Of a stretch of DNA of 32,000 nt, positions 10,060-20,365 are shown in pieces. Under the pieces are notes generated by a model. That model was not told the origin of the DNA. It saw only the letters and a program-made list of their open reading frames with translations, and searched no databases. This DNA comes from Methanococcus maripaludis (GTDB taxonomy: Archaea > AGJL01 > Methanococci > Methanococcales > Methanococcaceae): NCBI RefSeq assembly GCF_002945325.1, contig NZ_CP026606.1, positions 1,230,001 to 1,262,000 of the forward strand, read 5' to 3'. The position numbers were made by a program, and so were the translations under genes. Numbering within the stretch: position 1 is the first letter of the stretch; the number at the start of each line of letters is the position of its first letter.

Positions 10060-11457
10060 TTAAATGTTATGAATTACGATTGTTTTTATTTCAGACATTT
10101 CTTCAACCGTATATTTTATTCCTTCCCTTCCAAGACCGCTTTTTTTAACCCCTCCAAAGGGCATGTTGTCTTTTCTAAATGTTGGACTGCTGTTAATCAT
10201 TATCCCACCGTATTCAAGCTCATCGGCTATTTTCATCGCTTTATTTATATTATTTGTAAATAAGCCAGCTTGAAGTCCGTATTTAGAATTATTTGCAATA
10301 TTTACTGCTTCTTCACTGTCTTTAACAGGCAATATCGGAAGAATTGGTCCAAAGGTTTCAATTTTTGATAGTATATTTTCTTCATCGATATTAATTACTG
10401 CAGGGGAAATTAAACTGTTTTGTCGGTTTCCACCAATTAACAATTCTCCGCCTTCATTTACTGACTGTTTTATTAAATTTTCAATTCTTAAAGCACTTTC
10501 AGGGCTTATAAGTGGGCCAATGTCTGTATTTTTATCGAGTGGATTTCCCAAAATTAGTTTTTTGGTTTCTTCAATAACATATTTTGTAAATGTTTCAACA
10601 ACTTCTTCTTCAACGAGTACCTGTCCAACCGAGATACAAACCTGTCCAGCATTTAAAAATTTACTTTTAACAGCAGATTTAGCAGCTAATTTAATATCAG
10701 AATCTTTTAACACGATCATGGGGTTATTTCCTCCAAGTTCGAGTGTAACTTTTTTCATTTTCGCATTTTTAGATATTGATTCTCCAACTTCAACACTTCC
10801 TGTGAAAGAAACCATGTTTACATTATCGTTTTTCGATATTTCATCCCCAACAATTTCCCCATTTCCTGTTGCGAGATTAAATACGCCTCTTGGAATATCC
10901 ATCTGTTTTAAGACATGTTCTATAATTTTTGTAAGATATATTGCAGCAATGGGTGCTTTTGATGATGGGTGGAGTATAACTGAGTTTCCTGTGGCAATTG
11001 CAGGGCCGATTTTATGTGTCGCCAGATTTAAAGGAAAATTAAATGGAGTTATTGCTCCAATTACGCCTAATGGCTCTTTTTTAGTGAATATAAGGCCATT
11101 TTCTGAATTAATTGTTTCTCCACGGATTTCCTTTGCATAGAATGCAGAAAGCTTGAGCGCAGTTAATGTCCTATCCACTTCTATTTTTGACTGTTTTATC
11201 GGTTTTCCAACATCGATTGAAATTGTTTTTGCAAAAAAGTCTTTTTTCGAACTTAAATGTTCGGCAATTTTCATCAATATTTTGTATCTTTTTGACGGGC
11301 TTAAATTTTTCATTACTTCCTTGTGTTTTTCAGTAACTTCAATTGCATTTTTAGTTTCTTCCCTATCAAGTGCAGTTATTTTTTCAATATTTTCAAGAGT
11401 GTACGGGTCAAAAACATCAATATCTTCCCTTATAATCCATTTTCCATCGATAAACAT
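10060..11457 (-). CDS. cofA: Lactaldehyde dehydrogenase-type NAD(P)-dependent aldehyde dehydrogenase (CofA-like)
   Basis: ALDH motifs VTLELGGNNPMIVLKDSD, FLNAGQVCISVGQVLVEE, ITPFNFPLNLATHKIGPAIATGN; strong resemblance to methanococcal CofA. Confidence 0.85.
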   Translation of the reverse strand: MFIDGKWIIREDIDVFDPYTLENIEKITALDREETKNAIEVTEKHKEVMKNLSPSKRYKILMKIAEHLSSKKDFFAKTISIDVGKPIKQSKIEVDRTLTALKLSAFYAKEIRGETINSENGLIFTKKEPLGVIGAITPFNFPLNLATHKIGPAIATGNSVILHPSSKAPIAAIYLTKIIEHVLKQMDIPRGVFNLATGNGEIVGDEISKNDNVNMVSFTGSVEVGESISKNAKMKKVTLELGGNNPMIVLKDSDIKLAAKSAVKSKFLNAGQVCISVGQVLVEEEVVETFTKYVIEETKKLILGNPLDKNTDIGPLISPESALRIENLIKQSVNEGGELLIGGNRQNSLISPAVINIDEENILSKIETFGPILPILPVKDSEEAVNIANNSKYGLQAGLFTNNINKAMKIADELEYGGIMINSSPTFRKDNMPFGGVKKSGLGREGIKYTVEEMSEIKTIVIHNI

Positions 11458-11581
11458 AAAATCACACTCGAAATTTCAATTGAATAATATTAATGCTTAA
11501 TCTATTATAAATTTTAGCGAATAATTAATATATTTAAAAAATTAAAAAGTTAAGATAATAACGTTTTGAGGGGATACAAAA

Positions 11582-12385
11582 ATGATGATTTCGTTAATGG
11601 GCTACAGCATGTCTATAAACCTGATTTTAATATTAAAAGCAATTTTGATACTAGTTTTAGGGTATTTTGCTGTAAGAATTGTTTCTAGTATTTTAGAAAA
11701 TGGTGCTAAAAAAAGCAAGATTCCAGAACTTGTATCTGAGTTTGTTATCAAGCTATTCAGTGCGATACTCTATGTATTTGTAATATTGCTTGCCGTAGGG
11801 GTTTTTGGTGTTGAAACAGGGCCAATAATTTTGGGGCTTTCTGCATCACTTGGTTTAATTTTGGGTTTTGGTCTTCAGGACACACTTACAAATTTAACTT
11901 CAGGCCTTTGGATTGCAGTTATGAAACCCCTTGACAAAGATGAAACTGTTCAAATAGGCGGAATAACTGGAAAGATCGTAGAAGTTGGAATAATGGCAAC
12001 CAAACTGTTAACGCCAGATAATGTGGTAATCACAATTCCAAATAAACTAGTTTGGGGCAGTCCTATAACCAATTACACCAGAATGGATTTAAGAAGGGTT
12101 GATGTGGCAGTTGGAGTTAGCTATGGTGAAAATTTAGACAATGCATTATCAAAAGCATTAGAACTTATTTCAGAACATCCAAAAGTATTAAAAGATCCTG
12201 CACCTGCAGTAGTTGTAACTGGTCTTGGTGAGTCTTCCGTAGATTTACAGCTTAGGGCTTGGACAAAAACTGGGGACTACTGGGGCGTAAAAGGAGATCT
12301 TACAAAAGGAATATACGAAAAATACGGAAAAGAGGGTATCGAAATTCCATTCCCACAGATGGATGTACATATCCACAAATATTAA
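11582..12385 (+). CDS. MscS-family mechanosensitive ion channel
   Basis: Gly/Ala-rich pore helix GLSASLGLILGFGLQDTLTNLTSGLWIAVMKP followed by GKIVEVGIMATKLLTPDNVVITIPNK. Confidence 0.92.
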   Translation: MMISLMGYSMSINLILILKAILILVLGYFAVRIVSSILENGAKKSKIPELVSEFVIKLFSAILYVFVILLAVGVFGVETGPIILGLSASLGLILGFGLQDTLTNLTSGLWIAVMKPLDKDETVQIGGITGKIVEVGIMATKLLTPDNVVITIPNKLVWGSPITNYTRMDLRRVDVAVGVSYGENLDNALSKALELISEHPKVLKDPAPAVVVTGLGESSVDLQLRAWTKTGDYWGVKGDLTKGIYEKYGKEGIEIPFPQMDVHIHKY

Positions 12386-12407
12386 AAAATAGTTTTTATA
12401 ACTTTTT

Positions 12408-12893
12408 TTATTTTATATGGCCAAGAATGTGGCCGGTTTCTGTTTTAATAATGTCAAGTGCGGTTTTACATGCATTAATAGATCCCGGAAGTGAATAGAT
12501 AATTTTTCCCTTATAAAGTCCAGCAGATGCTCTTGAAAGGATTGTTGAGTATTTTACTTCACCATAGCTTAAATTATGGAATACTATTTTAAAACCGTCA
12601 AGTTCTTTTTCATACAGATTTTTTACGACATCAGCTGTAATATCTCTTTTAGAAAGGCCTGTTCCGCCCGTGATTACAATAGAATCAACATCTGTAAATT
12701 CAATAATATGTTCAATTAATCCTTCCAACATCGGTTTATTGTCCGGAATTAAATGGTAGATTTTTGCACCTAATTCATCTTTCAAAAAGTCCCCTGATTT
12801 ATCAGTTATATCGTGCCCTGAAATTATTTCATTAAATCGGCTGTCACTTACAGTAATTACTGCGTATTTTACATCGGAAATTCTCTCATGCAT
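12408..12893 (-). CDS. moaB: MoaB/MogA family molybdopterin biosynthesis protein
   Basis: VITGGTGLSKRDITADVVKNL, SRASAGLYKGKIIYSLPGSINACKTALD. Confidence 0.92.
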   Translation of the reverse strand: MHERISDVKYAVITVSDSRFNEIISGHDITDKSGDFLKDELGAKIYHLIPDNKPMLEGLIEHIIEFTDVDSIVITGGTGLSKRDITADVVKNLYEKELDGFKIVFHNLSYGEVKYSTILSRASAGLYKGKIIYSLPGSINACKTALDIIKTETGHILGHIK

Positions 12894-12895
12894 GC

Positions 12896-13732
12896 TTATT
12901 CCCCCTTTATAAACTCTTTAATATTATTTCTTGCTTCTCCAATGGTATAGCCCATTTTTATTCCCAGTTTGTCTTCTTTGTCTAAAAGTTCTATTAAATG
13001 TGCGACCCTTGGAAGCCTTAAATTTGCACTTCTAACTGTTTCAGAGTCACTGAAAATTTCCCTTGGAGTCCCGCCTTTGATAATTCTTCCTTCATTTAAC
13101 AAATAAACTTTATTTGCATATATTGGAACTAAATCTACATCGTGGGTAGATATGATTATGGTTATTCCCTGCCTGTTTAACTCGTAGAGCAATTTCATGA
13201 TTTGGGATGCACCCATCGGGTCGAGTCCTGAAGTTGGTTCATCAAGAACAATAATTTCCGGGTTCATTGCCAAAATCCCTGCAATTGCAATTCTTTTTTT
13301 CTGGCCACCACTTAAATGATGCGGTGGTTTTCTCTCAAAGCCTTCCATAGAGACCGCTTTTAATGAATCTTTTACTCTTTTTTCAATTCCCTCTTTTGAA
13401 AGTCCGAGATTCATGGGTCCAAAAGCAACATCCTGCTCAACTGTGGGTGCAAAAAGCTGGTCGTCAGGATTTTGGAATACGATTCCAACAGTTTTTCTGA
13501 CATTTAAAAGCGATTTGTTGTCGTATTTTATTGGTTCGCCTTTTAAAAGTACGTTGCCGTGACTTGGTTTTAATATTCCGTTAAAATGAAGAAATGTAGT
13601 GGATTTTCCAGCACCATTGGGGCCTAAAATTGCGATCATTTCGCCCTTTTCGGCTTTAAAATTAATCCCGTTAAGTGCGACAGTTCCATCAGGATAAGAA
13701 TACTTTAAATCTCTTGTTTCCAAAATCGCCAT
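12896..13732 (-). CDS. cbiO: Cobalt-type energy-coupling factor transporter ATPase
   Basis: Walker A GPNGAGKST, Q-loop VGIVFQNPDDQLFAPTVEQDVAFGPMN, signature LSGGQKKRIAIAG, Walker B IIVLDEPTSGLDP. Confidence 0.93.
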   Translation of the reverse strand: MAILETRDLKYSYPDGTVALNGINFKAEKGEMIAILGPNGAGKSTTFLHFNGILKPSHGNVLLKGEPIKYDNKSLLNVRKTVGIVFQNPDDQLFAPTVEQDVAFGPMNLGLSKEGIEKRVKDSLKAVSMEGFERKPPHHLSGGQKKRIAIAGILAMNPEIIVLDEPTSGLDPMGASQIMKLLYELNRQGITIIISTHDVDLVPIYANKVYLLNEGRIIKGGTPREIFSDSETVRSANLRLPRVAHLIELLDKEDKLGIKMGYTIGEARNNIKEFIKGE

Positions 13733-13796
13733 TAAATCACCTTGGAGGAACTATATGCTTAAAGGTATAAAAAAGTTAGAATTTTAATTTTTGGCT

Positions 13797-14570
13797 TTAA
13801 AATATCTTAATGTAATTTAGGGATAACAATAATAATTCAAATACTCCTAAAAGTACAACAGAAAAGGTTCTTGGATAGGCAATATCTCCAAAAAACATTA
13901 GATTTCCATCGTATCCTCTTGAATTAAGTGAATTATAAATTATATCTCCCTTATCAAGTGCTTTTATAAACAAACTTCCCGTCAATAATCCAAGGGAGTG
14001 GTACGAAGTTTTAAGATTTTTGTAGCCCAGTCTTGTTTTTTGCGAGTTTTCCATTGTTAAAGCTTCTTCTAAAAGCATAAAAATATAGCGATACATCATC
14101 ATCGCGATTTCAAGCATGTTTTTTGGCATTTTGGACTTTTTAAGGATGTAGAATAATTCGGTGAATGGGGTTGTAAGTGCTAAAAATAGGGTGCAGGATA
14201 CACCACCAAGCATTTTAAAAAATGTTAAAAGTCCAAGACTAAATCCGTCTTTTAGTAAATTGATTGTAATTCCAAAAAAATCAAATGACATGTAAATATC
14301 AGTTCCAAATAAAAAAGTCATCATTAAAAACGTAATAATTCCAAAAACAATTGGAATTGCCAGTAATTTTCCGTAAATAGTTTTAGGTATTTTTGCAATA
14401 GAAATAATCACAAAACTCATTATAAGTGTGATTAAAAGAGGTACAATAAAATTTTTAGAAAAAATACTAACGAACAGTGAAGAAATTGCAAAAATAACTT
14501 TTAAAGTAGGATTAACTGACCTTAACTTGTTATAGTTTGCAATGTTATCGATTAAAGTACTGTTCGTCAT
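13797..14570 (-). CDS. cbiQ: Cobalt ECF transporter transmembrane component
   Basis: Multi-span ORF with LTTPFTELFYILKKSKMPKNMLEIAMMMYRYIFMLLEEA and RGYDGNL, typical of CbiQ. Confidence 0.88.
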   Translation of the reverse strand: MTNSTLIDNIANYNKLRSVNPTLKVIFAISSLFVSIFSKNFIVPLLITLIMSFVIISIAKIPKTIYGKLLAIPIVFGIITFLMMTFLFGTDIYMSFDFFGITINLLKDGFSLGLLTFFKMLGGVSCTLFLALTTPFTELFYILKKSKMPKNMLEIAMMMYRYIFMLLEEALTMENSQKTRLGYKNLKTSYHSLGLLTGSLFIKALDKGDIIYNSLNSRGYDGNLMFFGDIAYPRTFSVVLLGVFELLLLSLNYIKIF

Positions 14571-14581
14571 TTTTTAACCTT

Positions 14582-14878
14582 TTACTGGTTTTTGGCATCA
14601 TATTTGGCTTTGTTGTAGCCAAAGAAGTATCCTATAATTATAGCACCTATTGCAGCTTGAAGCGCAAATAATAGGCTTTCAATTTCCCCACTTGGAGGTT
14701 CCCAGAATGGTTCAAACCATGGTTCGTAATTTGGACTGATTTCCATGATCAAATCTCCAGCAGCACCATCTGCACCACCGAAGTAGCCTTCATCTTCACC
14801 AAGGCCCGAATACATGATCAAAGGTGCTAATGTAAGAATTATAACTCCAAGAATCATCAAGACGTGTTTAAATTCCAT
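14582..14878 (-). CDS. cbiN: Energy-coupling factor cobalt transporter accessory subunit
   Basis: Two-TM small protein between cbiM and cbiQ; EPWFEPFWEPPSGEIESLLFALQAAIGAIIIGYFFGY typical CbiN. Confidence 0.88.
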   Translation of the reverse strand: MEFKHVLMILGVIILTLAPLIMYSGLGEDEGYFGGADGAAGDLIMEISPNYEPWFEPFWEPPSGEIESLLFALQAAIGAIIIGYFFGYNKAKYDAKNQ

Positions 14879-15555
14879 TATTCAGCACCTCCTTCTGCTT
14901 TTACCGGGTCAATAAGACCAAGTTTTGCAAGGAGATCTGGTCTCAATTTCATGATGTAATCCCAGATAAGTCCTGTTAATAGACCTTCCATAATTGCAAG
15001 TGGAATCTGTGTCACTGCAAATACGGTTCCAAAGTTTGCAAGAGCCGTTCCAAAATCGGGTAGCGGGTATGCTAATGCGAGCTGGATTGATGTTGTAGCG
15101 TATGTTCCCCAGTCTGCAAATATTGCAGCGAGTACAACAACCCACGTGATATTTAATTTTCCTTTTAACAATTTAAACACTAAAAAACCAAGCGCTGGAC
15201 CCATAATACCCATTGAGAATATATTTGCTCCCAATGTGGTTAATCCACCGTGTGCAAGTAAGATTGCCTGAAACAATAATACGATCGTTGCAAGTACTGC
15301 TGTAATTGCCGGACCAAACATAATTGCGCCGAGTCCACCACCTGTCGGGTGTGAACAGCTTCCTGTAACTGAAGGAAGTTTTAGCGAACTTAATATGAAC
15401 ATAAATGCTCCTGCGAGGGCTAATGTAGGTTTAACTTCAGGTTTGTCGTTTATTAATTTATTTAACTGGATTATTCCATATATAACAACAATTCCGGAGA
15501 GTACAAACCAAAATGCAGCCCACATCGGAGGTAAAAAACCTTCCATAATGTGCAC
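14878..15555 (-). CDS. cbiM: Cobalt transporter substrate-binding membrane component
   Basis: N-terminal MHIMEGFLPP; SVTGSCSHPTGGGLGAIMFGPAITAVLATIVLLFQAILLAHGGLTTLGAN. Stop codon overlaps cbiN start (TAATG). Confidence 0.93.
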   Translation of the reverse strand: MHIMEGFLPPMWAAFWFVLSGIVVIYGIIQLNKLINDKPEVKPTLALAGAFMFILSSLKLPSVTGSCSHPTGGGLGAIMFGPAITAVLATIVLLFQAILLAHGGLTTLGANIFSMGIMGPALGFLVFKLLKGKLNITWVVVLAAIFADWGTYATTSIQLALAYPLPDFGTALANFGTVFAVTQIPLAIMEGLLTGLIWDYIMKLRPDLLAKLGLIDPVKAEGGAE

Positions 15556-15727
15556 TTTACCACCTATTAAAGATAAGTTATATTGTTTTACAGTTATCTT
15601 TAACTTGGTTTGGTATATATGGATTTCGATTTAATTCCAGATTATTTTACTAAATGAAATATATCTTGAATACTGTTGGTAATACTATATAAAACTAATT
15701 TTAAAAAATAGAAACAAATATTGATTA

Positions 15728-16984
15728 TTATTCATTTGTAATGTAGCCCTTAACTGCAGATTTTGCAGCTATTTTTGGAGAAGAAAGGTATACTTGTGCG
15801 TTTGTATTTCCCATTCTTCCTTTAAAGTTCCTGTTGGTTGTGGCAAGGCACACTTCTCCATCGCCTAAAACTCCCTGGTGGGCTCCAAGGCACGGTCCGC
15901 ATCCTGGGGTGCATATCAATGCTCCAGAATCTACAAAAATATCAATTAATCCTTCATTTAGCGCTTCTTTAAATATTGATTTTGAAGCAGGGATCACGAT
16001 TAATCTTGTGTTTTCACTGACTTTTTTCCCTTTCAAATATTTTGCAGCAATTCTTAAGTCGTTTAATCTTCCGTTTGTACATGAACCGATAAATACCTGG
16101 TTTAATTCTGTTCCTTCCACTTCTGAAACTCCTTTTACGTTATCAGGGTGGTGGGGACATGCAACCTGTTCTTCCATATCTGTTATGTCAAATTCAATTG
16201 TTTTGTAGTAGTCTTCTTCGGATTCGTTAACTGTTATTTTATTTTTTTTCAATTCAAGAATTTCTTCACGCGAAACTCCCGCATTTTCAAGGTATCTGTA
16301 AGTAGTATCGTCAGCTTCGATAATTCCTGCTTTTCCACCCATTTCAATAGCCATGTTTGATAAAACCATTCTTTCATCCATGGATAGATTTTGGACTGCA
16401 TTTCCGCCGTATTCTAAAGACATGTACGTAGCCCCACGTCTTCCAACTTCCTTACAAGTTTTTAAAATAATGTCTTTTCCAGAAATATTTTCGTTTTCTC
16501 CAGTTACCTTTACACGGATAGTTTCAGGAACCCTGAGCCATGTTTTTCCAGTTGCATAGACGTAACCCATGTCTGTTGCACCAAAACCTGTAGCAAATGC
16601 CCCAAATGCCCCATGAGTACATGTGTGGCTGTCAGCTCCCGCAATTATCATGTTGGGTTTCACGTGGCCCTTTTCAGGTAGAACTTGGTGGCATATTCCT
16701 TCGCCATCGAGGTAGTAATTTTTAATACCCTGTTTTTTGATGAATTCTCTCGTTATAACCTGCATATTTGCAGCTTTTGACGTGTTTGCAGGGATATTGT
16801 GGTCAAAAATAATGACTATCTTTTCATTATCCCAAACTTTATCCGAAATCTGTTCAAAAGCTTTTACTGTAAGCGGGGTAGTCCCATCATGGGTCATTGC
16901 AATATCTACATTTATTTCAACGCTATCTTTGGCGTAAACATTTTTTCCAACATTTTTTGAAATGATTTTCTCAGCAAGTGTCAT
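15728..16984 (-). CDS. hacA: Homoaconitase-type 3-isopropylmalate/homocitrate dehydratase large subunit
   Basis: AMTHDGTTPLTVKAFEQ, GADSHTCTHGAFGAFATGFGATDMG, QVFIGSCTNGRLNDLR, ICTPGCGPCLGAHQGVL, TTNRNFKGRMG. Closer by recall to M. jannaschii MJ1003 than to LeuC. Confidence 0.85.
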   Translation of the reverse strand: MTLAEKIISKNVGKNVYAKDSVEINVDIAMTHDGTTPLTVKAFEQISDKVWDNEKIVIIFDHNIPANTSKAANMQVITREFIKKQGIKNYYLDGEGICHQVLPEKGHVKPNMIIAGADSHTCTHGAFGAFATGFGATDMGYVYATGKTWLRVPETIRVKVTGENENISGKDIILKTCKEVGRRGATYMSLEYGGNAVQNLSMDERMVLSNMAIEMGGKAGIIEADDTTYRYLENAGVSREEILELKKNKITVNESEEDYYKTIEFDITDMEEQVACPHHPDNVKGVSEVEGTELNQVFIGSCTNGRLNDLRIAAKYLKGKKVSENTRLIVIPASKSIFKEALNEGLIDIFVDSGALICTPGCGPCLGAHQGVLGDGEVCLATTNRNFKGRMGNTNAQVYLSSPKIAAKSAVKGYITNE

Positions 16985-17097
16985 AGATTCTCACCGTAAA
17001 TTCGTAATATACATAAAAACAGTACTTCATAGGTTAGGTGTTATTGATTTATAAATATAAGGGATTTAAATTAAATTTTAAAATAGAATATTTATAA

Positions 17098-18036
17098 TTA
17101 ATAAGAGTATTCTGACGTGTTACTTAATTTTTTAGGCTTTATTTCGGATAATATTTCTCCATTTTTAAAAATTCTTATGACTCCACCGCTTTCTGAAATC
17201 GTAATTGCAATTGCACCAGTATATTTTGAAATGGTTGCAGCAGCATGGTGTCGTGCACCAAGACCCAGTGGTAGTTCAATATTTCCACCGCTGCAGCTTA
17301 TATACCGGCCTGCACAGAGAACTTCTCCTTTTTCACCAATTACGAATGCCCCATCGATTGTTGATAATTCTTTAACCGTCCCTTTGACCTGTTTATCAAA
17401 TATAAATGATTCGTGGCCTTCAAAAGGGTTTAAAATTAATTGGGATGACATTTTTAAAACTCTATCCGAATCACCAATTACAAATATTGAACCAACAGGA
17501 GTTCCTTCTCTACCTTCAACTGCAAGTTCCATACACAGGTTTAAAACTTCATTAATAACTTTTCCTTTTGTTTTTTCAATCGATGAGATGTAATCATAAT
17601 ATTTGAGGATTTGTGGGTATTCGTTTACTTCAAAGATGGATATGGTGTCAGTACCGCCAGTTACTTTTGGAATACCTAAAATTGATACAACAATATCCCC
17701 TTTTTTAACAATGTTATTTGCAAAAAGGTTGGTTACAGCTTGTTTTATCATTGAAGATCTATCGTCATTCCTATATGTCATCAAAAGCGGTATAATTTTT
17801 GATTCATTTTTTAATTTCAAAAAAGTTTCTTCGTTTGGCGTGGTTACAACTACTTTTAAACTTTTAAAGTCTTTTAATGATCTATTTTTCCTGGCCCTTT
17901 TGTATATGGCTTCTTGATCTTTGTAGTACTCGTAAGTTCTTCCAGTTTCCGTAAATATCAATAAAATATCTGCGCTGATATCTATTGCAAGATTGAAACC
18001 ATGTTTTATTAAACTTTTGACTTTATTATTTATCAT
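17098..18036 (-). CDS. dacZ: Diadenylate cyclase (c-di-AMP synthase) DacZ (track ORF starts 18045; MINNKVK at 18036 is likely the start)
   Basis: C-terminal DisA_N/DAC domain with IDGAFVIGEKGEVLCAGRYI and LGARHHAAATISKYTGAIAITISESGGVIRIFKNG. Confidence 0.9.
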   Translation of the reverse strand: MINNKVKSLIKHGFNLAIDISADILLIFTETGRTYEYYKDQEAIYKRARKNRSLKDFKSLKVVVTTPNEETFLKLKNESKIIPLLMTYRNDDRSSMIKQAVTNLFANNIVKKGDIVVSILGIPKVTGGTDTISIFEVNEYPQILKYYDYISSIEKTKGKVINEVLNLCMELAVEGREGTPVGSIFVIGDSDRVLKMSSQLILNPFEGHESFIFDKQVKGTVKELSTIDGAFVIGEKGEVLCAGRYISCSGGNIELPLGLGARHHAAATISKYTGAIAITISESGGVIRIFKNGEILSEIKPKKLSNTSEYSY

Positions 18037-18051
18037 CTGGTGCACCGGTTT

Positions 18052-19395
18052 TTACATTTTTGAGAGGCTTGCTGCAAAGTAAGGATTACCAATACAGTGC
18101 TGGTGAGCGTAACCTCCAACTATATCGCCATCTTTTGAAGTTATTCCATCCATGGAGTTAATTATTCCTTTTCCCCTATTTATCTTATATGAAAAGTCGT
18201 TTTCATTAATATTTATTAGTTTTGAATAATGGAATTCGTGTGCCTTAAATTCTTTAGATTTTTTACCAATAATACAATCTTTTTCAAAAGTCCCTTTAAC
18301 GTAACTCAAACCCTGAACGTTTGGAGTCATTACTGCATCCGCATCTATTAATTTTAACATTTCTATTCCATCAATAGAATTTGTAAGATACATGAGCCCC
18401 CCACATTCACCGTAAATTTTTCCATCAAAGTTTCTTATAGATTCAACCATGGATTTATTATTAGAAAGTTTTTCGGAAAATATTTCCGGATACCCTCCTC
18501 CAAGGTAAATAGTATCGCAATCTGGAACTTCTGAATCATTTAACGGGCTGAAGAATTTTAATTTTGCACCGTTTTCTTCTAATGCATCAAAGTTGTCCCA
18601 ATAATAAAAATTAAATGATTCATCAAGTGCAACGGCAATTTTTAAATTATTTTTTTCAACTTTCCAGAGGGTTTCTTCTTTATTTTTATCATCAACACAA
18701 AAATCAAAATTTTCATCACTTAATTCCACGATTTTTTCAAGATCAAGGCATTTTTCAACCGTTTCCCCCCATAAATCAATTCTTTCAAGCAATTCCTGTT
18801 TATTTTCAGGGGTTGGAACAAGTCCAAGGTGTCTTTGAGAAACAGACAGGCTATCGTCTCGAGGAATTGCGCCTATTATCTCAATTTCATTATCGTAATA
18901 TTTTACAGCTTCTTTTAATTTATTTAAGTGCCCTTCTCCCCTGATTTTATTGAAAATAACCCCTTTGATATTTAAATTAGGATCAAATGATTTAAAACCT
19001 TTAATTATTGCAGATGCACTTCTTGTAAGACTTCTTGCATCCATCAGTAAAATCACTGGTGAATTTATAGTTTTTGCAACGGATGCAGTACTTCCAATAT
19101 CATTATATGGTGAAATTCCCTCGTAAAGTCCCCGAACTCCTTCAATAACATTTATATCTTTATTTTTGGAATGTCGTTTAAAAATTGATCGAACTTGCAT
19201 TTCATCCATAAAAAACGAATCTAGGTTCCTTGATTTGTTATTTGTAGCTTCCGTGTGATAAGTGGGGTCTATATAATCAGGACCAATTTTGTAGGGCTGT
19301 ACATTATGTTTTTTGGATAGTGCCTTCATTATTCCTGTAGATATGGTGGTTTTTCCAACCATTGAAGAGGTGCCTGCAATAACTATTCTTTTCAT
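18052..19395 (-). CDS. cfbB: Ni-sirohydrochlorin a,c-diamide synthase / cobyrinate a,c-diamide synthase (track ORF begins 19404; MKRIVIAG at 19395 is probable)
   Basis: [40 protein letters not shown], glutamine amidotransferase motifs [10 protein letters not shown] and [11 protein letters not shown]. Confidence 0.9.
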   Translation of the reverse strand: MKRIVIAGTSSMVGKTTISTGIMKALSKKHNVQPYKIGPDYIDPTYHTEATNNKSRNLDSFFMDEMQVRSIFKRHSKNKDINVIEGVRGLYEGISPYNDIGSTASVAKTINSPVILLMDARSLTRSASAIIKGFKSFDPNLNIKGVIFNKIRGEGHLNKLKEAVKYYDNEIEIIGAIPRDDSLSVSQRHLGLVPTPENKQELLERIDLWGETVEKCLDLEKIVELSDENFDFCVDDKNKEETLWKVEKNNLKIAVALDESFNFYYWDNFDALEENGAKLKFFSPLNDSEVPDCDTIYLGGGYPEIFSEKLSNNKSMVESIRNFDGKIYGECGGLMYLTNSIDGIEMLKLIDADAVMTPNVQGLSYVKGTFEKDCIIGKKSKEFKAHEFHYSKLININENDFSYKINRGKGIINSMDGITSKDGDIVGGYAHQHCIGNPYFAASLSKM

Positions 19396-19511
19396 ATTTT
19401 TCACGCAAAAGTTAATTTAATAATATTTCCTAAAATGGATAAATTAATCATAAACTAAATATATTTTAAAAACATAAAAAATTTTTGATATTTTGTAGAG
19501 AGGATGAAATT

Positions 19512-20249
19512 TTGAGTTTTGAATTTTTAAAAAAACAGTTTAACGAGTTTTTAAACTTAAGCTTCATAAATAAATTCATTGTAACTTATTTTTTATCTTG
19601 GATGGGTTTATCCATAACTTTACTCATAAGTAAGCTTATAACTCCAATTATAAACGTTGAATCCGCAGGGGTTTTAACAACTGCAAAATATGAAGTAATT
19701 TCAACAGCAGTATCCTCTCAAATGGGAATTAATTATTTTTCGATATGGTATTCGTATTTTATAAGTAATTTTCTTGCATGTGTAACTATATTTTTGGTTT
19801 TCGTAATCCTTCCTTATATTTATAATAGGGATATTTCAAAAGGAAAATCAACGATCAAAGATTATTTCGATGTTTTATTGTTTTTTTACGCACTGGTTGT
19901 ATTAAATCCACTCACTGGAATTTTGGGTGCAAGTTTAAGTTTTTCAGATCTGCTTGCAATAATTCCGCATGGGTTTTTTGAATATGCTGGGTTTTCAATG
20001 TCAATAGTCCTTGGAATCGAGTATTCTATTTATAAACTTCCAGTAACTGGTGAAAAAGAAGTATGCACAAAAAAACAGAAAATAAAATTTTTATTAAAAT
20101 TTTTATTAATTCCGATTTTCTTATTTATTGCAGGGGGAATGGAAACTTTGGACTGGATCATAGTTAATTATGCAAAAGAAAATGGATTACCCATTGTGAA
20201 AACATTTTTTGAAGTGTATTATAACATCTTACGTTCATTAATATTTTAA
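19512..20249 (+). CDS. Polytopic membrane protein resembling the SpoIIM (stage II sporulation M) family; TTG start at 19512 behind GAGGATG more likely than track start 19485
   Basis: Several hydrophobic spans; LLAIIPHGFFEYAGFSMSIVLGIEYSIYKL resembles the SpoIIM PHG(I/F)FE motif. Confidence 0.6.
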   Translation: MSFEFLKKQFNEFLNLSFINKFIVTYFLSWMGLSITLLISKLITPIINVESAGVLTTAKYEVISTAVSSQMGINYFSIWYSYFISNFLACVTIFLVFVILPYIYNRDISKGKSTIKDYFDVLLFFYALVVLNPLTGILGASLSFSDLLAIIPHGFFEYAGFSMSIVLGIEYSIYKLPVTGEKEVCTKKQKIKFLLKFLLIPIFLFIAGGMETLDWIIVNYAKENGLPIVKTFFEVYYNILRSLIF

Positions 20250-20365
20250 TCATTTTTTTAGTTTTTTAAAAAAGAAATTTTTGCAGTTTTTCAAAATATT
20301 CATATATTTTTAACACCCATATTTTTTAATGCAAATGCCAAAAAAAGCTAATTTTGGGGGATAAT

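Noticed and set aside
10520-11140. 206-aa plus-strand ORF
   Set aside because: Antisense to the well-supported CofA-type aldehyde dehydrogenase; composition typical of an AT-rich shadow ORF.
15556-15727. Cobalamin riboswitch or NikR operator upstream of cbiM
   Set aside because: I could not find a B12-box-like sequence or a convincing GTATGA-N16-TCATAC palindrome; only a weak direct repeat is reported.
15834-16937. Plus-strand ORFs within 15834-16937
   Set aside because: Antisense shadows of the hacA coding region.
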